Numbered from the stretch's first letter, positions 26,074-33,258 are shown. The stretch is DNA of 36,462 bases from an uncultured Singulisphaera sp. (GCA_964514315.1 CAZEQF010000003.1:2916-39377), one strand, 5' to 3'. The notes: generated by a model from the letters alone, not told the origin. Translations and numbers: made by a program.

Positions 26074-27426
26074 ATGCACGTCGCAACGAACCTTGATGCG
26101 GGCGTGTCGAGCGTCGCATGCAGCGACGGGACGCCGCATGCGTACGCGGCATCGCGCCGCCGCTGCGTCGCGGCGCGCAGCAGGCGAGACTTGGCCGGGA
26201 GCAACCTCCGTGTCCTGGCTCGCGCCGCGTGCTGCGCGTTCGCGTTGGCAGTCTCCGCGTCCGCGCAGGCGCCCGAGGCAAGCGTCGCGACGATCGACGG
26301 CCGTTCGCTGCGCGGCGCCGTGTCGTTCGACGGCACGTCGCTCACCGTTGCCGGCGCGTCGATGTCGCTCGGCGATGCGTTGTCGATCCGCTTCGACGAA
26401 GCGGCGCTCGAGCCCGCGAAGTCCGCGCCCTACAGCGTGTGGCTGCGTTCGGGCTCGATCGTGCCGTGCACGCGCATCGACGGCATCGCGGCGAAGGACG
26501 GCGCACCTCCTACGCTGGTCGCGATCGGCGCGTCGGGCTGCGAAGTGAAGATGCCGCTGTCGACCGTCGCTGCGTTGCGCAGTCGCGCCAACGATCCGCA
26601 GACCTTCGTCGCGGACCGCGCGGCGCCGGACGAGAACCTCGATTTCCTCTACGTCGTCAAGAACGGCGAGCCGCAGCGCTTCTCGGTGCTCGTCGACACG
26701 ATCGACCAAGGCGTCGCGCGCTTCGACTTGCGCGGTTCGCAATACGAGTTCGCGTTGCACGGCGACGACAGCGTTGCGGCGATCGTGTTCGGCAAGAACA
26801 CGGGCTTCGCGCCGGATCGCGCCACGGGCTCTCGCTGCCAGGTGTCGTTGACGGGCGGCGAGTCGCTCGGCGGCGCGTTGCTCTCGATCGCGGACGGCAC
26901 GCTGCGAATGCGGCTCGACGAGGGATCGGAGCTCACCGCAAGCCTGTCGCGCGTGCGCGCGATCGACGTCGCGAGCGACAAGGTCGCGTGGCTGTCGGCG
27001 CTGCAGCCGAAGGTCGAGCAGACCGCGGCCTTCGATCGCGTCTGGCCGTGGACCGTGGATCGAAGCCCAGCGGGCGCCGGCATCCGCGTGCACGGCGTGA
27101 CCTATGCGCGCGGCCTCGTGCTCGTGCCGAAGACGCGGCTCACGTTCGACCTCGGCGGCAAGTTCGGCCGGTTCGAGTGCGTGGCAGGGCTCGACGAACG
27201 AAGTGGACCACTTGCGCATGCCGTGTTGCGCGTGGTCGCCGACGGCAAGGTCGTCTGGGAAGCGACGCAGGACGGAGCGAAGGCGGCGCCACATGCGCTG
27301 CGCCTCGCGATCGCGGGCTGCAAGCAGCTCTCGCTCGAAGCGGACTTCGGCGAGAACTTCGACCTCGGCGATCTCTGCGCGTTCGCGGACGCGCGTGTGC
27401 TGGTGACCGACGAGGCCAACAAGTGA
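26074..27426 (+). CDS. secreted protein with four ~45-aa beta-modules and a C-terminal NPCBM/NEW2-like domain
   Basis: 3' part of track ORF 25597-27426. The C-terminus WLSALQP...HGVTYARGLVLVPKTRLTFDLGGKFGRFECVAGLDE...LRVVADGKVVWE...LSLEADFGENFDLGDLCAFADARVL follows the NPCBM pattern (YxxGLxxH..S.i.y.L.G.y.rF...vGvDD...V.F.V..DG...L.L....DhadWadA). Start is ATG 26074 or in-frame TTG 26191. The latter gives the signal peptide MAGSNLRVLARAACCAFALAVSASAQA. Confidence 0.7.
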   Translation: MHVATNLDAGVSSVACSDGTPHAYAASRRRCVAARSRRDLAGSNLRVLARAACCAFALAVSASAQAPEASVATIDGRSLRGAVSFDGTSLTVAGASMSLGDALSIRFDEAALEPAKSAPYSVWLRSGSIVPCTRIDGIAAKDGAPPTLVAIGASGCEVKMPLSTVAALRSRANDPQTFVADRAAPDENLDFLYVVKNGEPQRFSVLVDTIDQGVARFDLRGSQYEFALHGDDSVAAIVFGKNTGFAPDRATGSRCQVSLTGGESLGGALLSIADGTLRMRLDEGSELTASLSRVRAIDVASDKVAWLSALQPKVEQTAAFDRVWPWTVDRSPAGAGIRVHGVTYARGLVLVPKTRLTFDLGGKFGRFECVAGLDERSGPLAHAVLRVVADGKVVWEATQDGAKAAPHALRLAIAGCKQLSLEADFGENFDLGDLCAFADARVLVTDEANK

Positions 27427-27436
27427 GGAACGTCGC

Positions 27437-29263
27437 ATGATCGCGCGCTGCGTGCCTTCGGTTCTCGTGCTGTCCGCAGCGCTCGCGCAAGGTCCCGACC
27501 TCGCGTCGGTGCGAGCTGCCGAAGCGCGCCGCGTCGAGGCGATCGCGCAGTGCGCGCCCGCCGTCTGCTCGGTGATGGACCGCAGCGCGCCGGGCGGCGG
27601 CAGCGGCGTGATCTTCGATCCGCGCGGCTACGTGCTGACGAACTACCACGTCATCGGCGCGCCCGACACCAACGCGAAGGTCGACAAGAACGAAGTGCTG
27701 CCCGCGCCGCCGGAGCCGCCAGCAGACGTGGTCGCCAAGTGGCGCGCCGACAACGCAGCGGCCGATGACGCGGCGCAGAAGGCGTTCGTGGTCGCGTGGC
27801 AGGACGAGTGGAAGAAGCAGAACTGGCCCGTCGGCAAGCAGCACTGGCGCAACAAGAAGGTCGGCTTGCCGGACGGCGAGCTCTACGAAGCGGTGGTGCT
27901 CGGCGTCGATCCCGGCAGTGACCTCGCAGTGTTGCGGCTCGTCGGCAAGACCGAAGGCCAGCAGTGGCCGTGGCGCCCGCTCGGCGACTCCGACGCGCTG
28001 CTCGTCGGGCAGACCGTGTTCGCGATGGGCAACCCGTTCCTGCTCGCGACCGACTTCACGCCGACGGTCACGTTCGGCGTCGTGTCCGGCACGCATCGCT
28101 ACCAGGAAGGCCAAGGCAACCGGATGCTCGTCTATCCGGACTGCATCCAGGTCGATGCGCCGATCAATCCAGGCAACTCCGGCGGCCCGTTGTTCAACGA
28201 GGCAGGCGAAGTCGTCGGCATCAACGGCCGCATCTCGCTCGGCGACCGCGGCCGCGTGAACGTCGGCGTCGGCTTCGCGATCGCGAGCAACCAGGTGCGC
28301 AACTTCCTGCCCGATCTGATGGCCGGCCGTCATGCAGAACACGGCACGCTCGACATGAGCGCGTGGTTCATGAAGGCGAAGACGGGCTCCGAAGACCGGC
28401 ACGGCGTGTTCGTGCAACAGCTGTTCAAGGACTCGGTCGCGGCGCTCGCTGGCATCGCGCTCGGCGACGAGATCGTGCGATTCGACGGCGAGGACGTGCG
28501 TTCGGCCAACCAGCTCGCGTCGCGCATCGGCGTGTTGCCCGCCGGATCATGGGTCGAGGTCGGGTACCGATCGGTCGACGAGAACAACACGTTCGGCCCG
28601 CCTCGCTACGCGGACATCAAGCTGGCGCCGCTCGACACGGGCAGCAGCATCGACGCGCGCGCCGACGGCGAACGGCTCGCCAGCCCGGTCGAACGACGCA
28701 TCGCGACCAAGGCGCTGCGCGCGACGCTCGCTTCGCGATGGCAGGAGAACGACCGGCGGCAGCCTTCGCGCACCGTGACCTTCGCGCTCGTCGACGCAAG
28801 CGGAGCCACCTGGTCGCTCGTGCGCGACCTGCAACATAGTTCAATCCGCATCGAGCAAGGCGGGCGCGTGATCGTCGACGCGCCTTCTCTCGACGCGTTG
28901 CCCGCCGACGACGCCGCGCTCGCGCAACGCCACATCCGCTGCAACCCGTTCGCGTGGATCGGCTGCGACTTCGGCGAGCGACTCGATGAAGGGCTCCTGG
29001 TCGGAGGCGCGCGCGTGCTCGGCAAGCCCGCGTATCGCTTCGCGTTCCCTGGCGACGGCGAGCTCGAGGCGCTGATCTTCGAGGACGGCGCGCCCGCGGG
29101 CTTCGCGATGCGCGATCCGGTCCGCAAGCAGAAGGTCGAGTTCCACTGCGACGGCGCACAGGCGCGTTGGATCCTCGACGGCCAGTGCGTCCGCGGCTGG
29201 AAGGTCGTGGACTCGAAGCACGACACGGACATCGACCGATCGTCGTTCCGGAGGCCGCAATGA
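27437..29263 (+). CDS. HtrA/DegP-family (S1C) serine protease with PDZ domain and long C-terminal extension
   Basis: GAGGAA lies 6 nt upstream of the ATG. Signal peptide. Catalytic triad contexts are YVLTNYHVIG (His), GSDLAVLRL (Asp) and INPGNSGGPLF (Ser codon 28178-28180). PDZ region GVFVQQLFKDSVAALAGIALGDEIVRFDGEDV. Confidence 0.85.
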   Translation: MIARCVPSVLVLSAALAQGPDLASVRAAEARRVEAIAQCAPAVCSVMDRSAPGGGSGVIFDPRGYVLTNYHVIGAPDTNAKVDKNEVLPAPPEPPADVVAKWRADNAAADDAAQKAFVVAWQDEWKKQNWPVGKQHWRNKKVGLPDGELYEAVVLGVDPGSDLAVLRLVGKTEGQQWPWRPLGDSDALLVGQTVFAMGNPFLLATDFTPTVTFGVVSGTHRYQEGQGNRMLVYPDCIQVDAPINPGNSGGPLFNEAGEVVGINGRISLGDRGRVNVGVGFAIASNQVRNFLPDLMAGRHAEHGTLDMSAWFMKAKTGSEDRHGVFVQQLFKDSVAALAGIALGDEIVRFDGEDVRSANQLASRIGVLPAGSWVEVGYRSVDENNTFGPPRYADIKLAPLDTGSSIDARADGERLASPVERRIATKALRATLASRWQENDRRQPSRTVTFALVDASGATWSLVRDLQHSSIRIEQGGRVIVDAPSLDALPADDAALAQRHIRCNPFAWIGCDFGERLDEGLLVGGARVLGKPAYRFAFPGDGELEALIFEDGAPAGFAMRDPVRKQKVEFHCDGAQARWILDGQCVRGWKVVDSKHDTDIDRSSFRRPQ

Positions 29264-30318
29264 AGCTCGTGCTCCTCGGTCTAGGTTTCGCGGCGTCGCT
29301 GGTTGCGCAGGAACCCGTCGCGCCGCAGCCGCCGGTGTCGCTGCGCGAAGCCGCCGCGTTCGCCGAGCGCGAGCCGCAGACGCAGGTCGAGAACGCGATC
29401 GAGCGGCTGTTGCCGAGCATCGTCAAGGTGCAGGGCGCTTCGGGCTTCTCGACGATCGTCCCGTATGCGGCCGGCGTCGTCGTCAGCGACCGCGGCCACA
29501 TCCTCACGCTCGACCAGGTGCTCGTGCAGAAGGGCAGCACGCGCGTCGTGCTCTACGACGGCACGGTGCTCGACGCGCAGTTGCTGCCCGAAGATCCCAA
29601 GCTCGGCGTGCGGCTCCTTCGCGTCGATCCGGAGGCGTGCAAGGGCAAGCTGCGCCCCGTGTGGCCGGACGAGCAGGGGCCTGCGTTCCGCACGGGCCAG
29701 TTCGTCGTGTCGATCGGCAACTGCTTCCGGCTCGCGGAGTTCTCGGAGAAGTCGTCGGCGACGTTCGGCGTCGTGGTGGGCAAGGCCAGCACCGCGCTGC
29801 GCTTTCGCCTCACGGACGTCGCCTACGACGGCGAACTGATCCTCACCGACGCGTGCAACAACCCCGGCCACTACGGCGGCGGGTTGTTCTCGCTCGACGG
29901 TCGTTGGCTCGGCCTCAACACGCGGTTGTTGGAGAGCAAGGAGACCAACACGATGCTGTCGGCGGCGATCCCGTCGCGCGATCTCCTGCCGTATCTGAAG
30001 GAGCACATCCTCGGCGAGGCGCGCGAAGAGGTCGTCGTCGAACGCAAGCCCGTGCGCACCGGCATCGTGCTGTTCCGCCAGGCGGGCCGCACCTCGCCGC
30101 CTGCCTACGTCGATCGCATCGAACGCGATTCTCCGGCTTCGTCGCTGGGCCTGCGCCCCGACGACCTGATCGTGCGCATCGGCGAGTTCTCCGTTCGCAC
30201 GTGCAAGGAGTTCGACGCGGCTCTGGAGCGGTTCGTGCCCGGCCAGAAGGTCACGCTGACGTGGAAGCGCGGAACGAGCGTGATGCAAGGCGAGGTCGAG
30301 CTCGCAGCGAAGGACTGA
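29260..30318 (+). CDS. HtrA-like pseudoprotease with PDZ domain (catalytic triad lost)
   Basis: ATG 29260 overlaps the upstream stop (ATGA). Signal peptide MKLVLLGLGFAASLVAQE. Trypsin-fold and PDZ regions are colinear with the upstream HtrA. The triad positions read GHILTLDQVL (Gln, 29515-29517), PKLGVRLLRV (Gly) and NNPGHYGGGLF (Tyr, 29872-29874). Confidence 0.8.
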   Translation: MKLVLLGLGFAASLVAQEPVAPQPPVSLREAAAFAEREPQTQVENAIERLLPSIVKVQGASGFSTIVPYAAGVVVSDRGHILTLDQVLVQKGSTRVVLYDGTVLDAQLLPEDPKLGVRLLRVDPEACKGKLRPVWPDEQGPAFRTGQFVVSIGNCFRLAEFSEKSSATFGVVVGKASTALRFRLTDVAYDGELILTDACNNPGHYGGGLFSLDGRWLGLNTRLLESKETNTMLSAAIPSRDLLPYLKEHILGEAREEVVVERKPVRTGIVLFRQAGRTSPPAYVDRIERDSPASSLGLRPDDLIVRIGEFSVRTCKEFDAALERFVPGQKVTLTWKRGTSVMQGEVELAAKD

Positions 30319-30353
30319 CACGCGCGATCCGTGTGGCCCCCGCCCGGAACGAC

Positions 30354-30390
30354 GCGGACGCCAGAGCCTGCGAGGAGGCTCGGCGTCCGC
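30354..30390. terminator. GC-rich hairpin between convergent genes (candidate bidirectional intrinsic terminator)
   Basis: GCGGACGCC-a-GAGCC-tgcgagga-GGCTC-GGCGTCCGC has 14 paired positions with one bulge and an 8-nt loop. It lies 36 nt after the stop at 30318 and 31 nt before the minus-gene stop at 30421. No U-tract. Confidence 0.5.
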
Positions 30391-30420
30391 GACGAGAAGT
30401 GACGGTTCGTCGCGTGTCGA

Positions 30421-32553
30421 TCAGCGCCAGCCGCCGATCGTCAGCTTGCGCGCGTTGCTGATCGTCCAGCCGAACGTGTTGGCCGGCGCGTCGGCGACCA
30501 GGAACTGCGAGTAGACGTCCGCGCCGATCATGCCCGGGTCGTTGGGCAGCATGAGCACGCGCGCCGCCGAGCCCGACGCGAAGATCGCCTCGGTGATCGC
30601 GGCGTCGTGACGCAGCACGCAGCCAGGCGCGCCGACGATGCCGAGGTCGAGCGGCAGCGGCACGCCGTTGTAGCTGACCGTCTGGAAGCCGAGCAGCAGC
30701 AGCGCCAGCGTGGGAGACGGGATCGAGCTGACCGTGAAGCTCATCGGCTCGCCGATTTCGCCGGACCCGCTCGTGTTGTGGAACGGCGTGCCGTTGGATC
30801 CTGCGCAGCCAGACGGGCCGAAGTAGCTCAGCGCTGCGGGCGTGTAGTGGACCCACGTCGCCAACGCCGACTTCACGCGGTCCCAGACCAGTTCGAGCTC
30901 GGCGTCCGCCATCGCGTCGCGACCAGCCACTTCGTTCTCCGCGCCGGTGAAGCGGTAGTTGAAGACGCCGAACGTGTACTCCTTGGAGATGTCGAGGCCG
31001 TTCGCAGAGCGGAACGGAACGGACATCCAGCCGCCTTCGGCGAAGTAGAAGGTCCACGGGCCCGGGGTCGTCCAGCCGATGCCGCCCGGCTTGTAGGCGA
31101 TGCGCAGCTCGCTCTTGAAGGCGTTGCGCGCCGCAGCCGGGATGCCGAGCAGCGTGGCCTCAGCGTTGATGCGGGCATCCAGCGAGTCCGTGCCCCCAGT
31201 CGGGAACAGCAGGTTCTCAGCCATCAGCGAGTAGAAGTTCTCGCGCTGCGCGCCGAGGTAGCCGTTGGCGACTTGCTCGTGCAGGTTCGACAGGTCGCGC
31301 AGCGTCAGCTGGCTCTCCGGCGACGGGCCGCTGCAGCCGATCGTGAAGTTGATCGACGTGTTGCCCATGCCCAGCGCGTTGGCGGTGGCTTGGATCGCGG
31401 GGATGCCGAAGTGGTTGGAGATCGCGAGCGTCGCCTCGTTGTCCGAGTACTCCATCATCTGCGCGAGCAGCTCCTGCAGCGTGTAGTTGGAGCCGGGCAC
31501 GCCGCACGACAGCGGCTTGTTGATCGTCTGCGACAGGCTCGCCGTGCCGTTCGCGACGGCCTTCATCGCGTGGGCGTGGTAGACGGTCTTCATCGTGCTC
31601 GCGGGCTCGAACTGCGTGTCAGGGCGCATCTGCGCGAGCGTCGGGCCGTTGACCTCCTTCAGGAAGAAGCCGTAGTCGCCGAGCGCCGCTGCAGGGGCCT
31701 CGAGGAACTTCGCGCGGACCGCGCGTTCGAGCGTGTTGGCGTTGTCCAGCATCACGCAGTCGTATCGGACGCCGAGCAACGTGGTCCGACGCTCGATGTC
31801 GATGATGCGGCCGACGTTCTGCTGCAGCAGTTCGGTCACCGCCGCCGCGCTCTGGTCGACGTAGTACCAGTGGCCGATGCCGTTGTTGCGGATCAGGATC
31901 ACGTCGTAGCTGTCCGTGCCGACGCGCTCGATGTTGTAGATGCGGTTGTTGTTCGCGGCCATGTTGGCCTGGATGGTCGCGAGCGACGCGCCGTAGAGGT
32001 AACCCCACGTGCGTTGGTCCGATCCGGTGTTGGCGATCAGCGAGATCGCGTAGCGCGTCTGACCCGCGACGGTGTAGCGCTTGAAGTTGACGAGGCGTCC
32101 GTTGTTCTGCTGCACCGCGGCGTCGACCTGCGCGGACGTGAGGTCGTAGCCCCACAGCCACGCCTTCTGCTCGGCGCCCGTGTTGCTGGTGAGCAGCGCC
32201 GCGAAGCGCGTCGAGCCGTTGCTGTCGAATGGCTCGATGTCGACGATGCGCGCGTTGTATTGCGTGAGCGCCGAGGTGAGTTGCGCCGCCGTGAGGTCAT
32301 AGGCCCACCACCATGCCTTCTGGTAGGAGCCGGCGTTCTGCACCGCGGCCACCGTGAACTTCCACGGCGACGTCGACTCGATCTCGAGATCGGTGACGCG
32401 CCAGCCGCCGTTGGCAAGCTGGCTGATCTGCGCCGGCGTCTGGTCGGTGTGCCAGACGGCAGCAACCGGCGCGTTGCGGTCGCGGTCGTCTTGAGCGAGC
32501 ACGGAGAAGGCGGCGAAGGCGCCGGCAGCGACAGTCGTGAGGATGCGGTTCAT
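30421..32553 (-). CDS. secreted class-A beta-lactamase-fold serine hydrolase with five N-terminal tandem repeats and an extra C-terminal domain
   Basis: 3' 710 aa of track ORF 30421-33507. ATG is at complement of 32551-32553. Signal peptide MNRILTTVAAGAFAAFSVLAQD. Five ~50-aa repeats (e.g. KAWWWAYDLTAAQLTSALTQYNARIVDIEPF.., KAWLWGYDLTSAQVDAAVQQNNGRLVNFKRY..). Catalytic motifs are STMK (Ser 31597-31599), SDN (31438-31446) and KPG in place of KTG. Confidence 0.8.
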   Translation of the reverse strand: MNRILTTVAAGAFAAFSVLAQDDRDRNAPVAAVWHTDQTPAQISQLANGGWRVTDLEIESTSPWKFTVAAVQNAGSYQKAWWWAYDLTAAQLTSALTQYNARIVDIEPFDSNGSTRFAALLTSNTGAEQKAWLWGYDLTSAQVDAAVQQNNGRLVNFKRYTVAGQTRYAISLIANTGSDQRTWGYLYGASLATIQANMAANNNRIYNIERVGTDSYDVILIRNNGIGHWYYVDQSAAAVTELLQQNVGRIIDIERRTTLLGVRYDCVMLDNANTLERAVRAKFLEAPAAALGDYGFFLKEVNGPTLAQMRPDTQFEPASTMKTVYHAHAMKAVANGTASLSQTINKPLSCGVPGSNYTLQELLAQMMEYSDNEATLAISNHFGIPAIQATANALGMGNTSINFTIGCSGPSPESQLTLRDLSNLHEQVANGYLGAQRENFYSLMAENLLFPTGGTDSLDARINAEATLLGIPAAARNAFKSELRIAYKPGGIGWTTPGPWTFYFAEGGWMSVPFRSANGLDISKEYTFGVFNYRFTGAENEVAGRDAMADAELELVWDRVKSALATWVHYTPAALSYFGPSGCAGSNGTPFHNTSGSGEIGEPMSFTVSSIPSPTLALLLLGFQTVSYNGVPLPLDLGIVGAPGCVLRHDAAITEAIFASGSAARVLMLPNDPGMIGADVYSQFLVADAPANTFGWTISNARKLTIGGWR

Positions 32554-32667
32554 GGCGGTTGGCGAACTTGTTGGGTTGTGGTTCTTGGGCGCCGCCGAAG
32601 GGCGCCTCTGCCCGCACATCCCCGCGGCCCTCCCGGCGTGACGCGGTGTCGTGGTATTTTTCGCGCC

Positions 32668-33258
32668 GTGAGCGACGACTCCCTCGAACTGGCCCAGCGC
32701 GCAGCCTCCGGCGACCGCCTCGCCGTCGAGATGCTGATCGACCAAAACCTCTCGAGCGTAAGGGCTTATGTGCGATCGCACATGGGGCCCAAGCTGCGCG
32801 CCCGGGAGTCGGCCTCGGACCTCGTCCAGTCGGTCTGCAGAGACCTGCTGACCCACCAGGACCGGTTTGCCCACCCAAGCGCCGAGGCGTTCCGCGCCTG
32901 GCTGTTCACGACCGCGCGTCGCAAGGTGCAGAACCGGGCTCGCGACCTCGAGCGCGAGAAGCGGGACGCGGCGCGCGAGGTCCAAGGTGTCGAGGAGGCG
33001 CAACTCGCGTCGCTCGGCGCGGCCTATGCGCGCGTGACCAATCCGGGCGAGCGCGCGCTTCGCAACGAGGAGATCGCGCGGCTGGAGTCGGCGATCGAGT
33101 CGTTGCCCGAGGAGCAACGCGAGGTGCTGACGCTCGCGCACTTCGTCGGCTTGTCGCGCGCGGAGATCGCGCGGCAACTCGGCAAGACGGAGGAAGGCGT
33201 GCGCTCGATGCTGCACCGTGCGATGGCGCGACTGTCGTTGCTCCTCGACGCGAAGTGA
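32668..33258 (+). CDS. ECF-type RNA polymerase sigma-70 family factor
   Basis: Last 196 aa of track ORF 30607-33258, from GTG 32668. Region 2 (SASDLVQSVCRDLLTHQDRF...FRAWLFTTARRKVQNRARD). Region 4 HTH (LPEEQREVLTLAHFVGLSRAEIARQLGKTEEGVRSMLHRAMARL). Confidence 0.85.
   Translation: MSDDSLELAQRAASGDRLAVEMLIDQNLSSVRAYVRSHMGPKLRARESASDLVQSVCRDLLTHQDRFAHPSAEAFRAWLFTTARRKVQNRARDLEREKRDAAREVQGVEEAQLASLGAAYARVTNPGERALRNEEIARLESAIESLPEEQREVLTLAHFVGLSRAEIARQLGKTEEGVRSMLHRAMARLSLLLDAK

Noticed and set aside
12058-30318. Calling the operon a classical Bat (batA-E) / MoxR aerotolerance operon
   Set aside because: No AAA+ MoxR (Walker A/B) or DUF58-like ORF is present anywhere in the window. Most members (propeller, toroid, NPCBM-like, HtrA pair) are not part of the described bat operon. 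Only the BatA_N and vWA elements are shared.
30421-32553. Annotating the STMK/SDN protein as an antibiotic-resistance beta-lactamase
   Set aside because: It has KPG instead of KTG, a 250-aa N-terminal repeat array and an extra C-terminal domain. That architecture is not one of known resistance enzymes, so it is called only a beta-lactamase-fold serine hydrolase.
30607-32667. The first 687 aa of track ORF 30607-33258, as an N-terminal extension of the ECF sigma factor
   Set aside because: It is antisense to the beta-lactamase-fold gene and has biased composition. Sigma-factor similarity starts only at GTG 32668.
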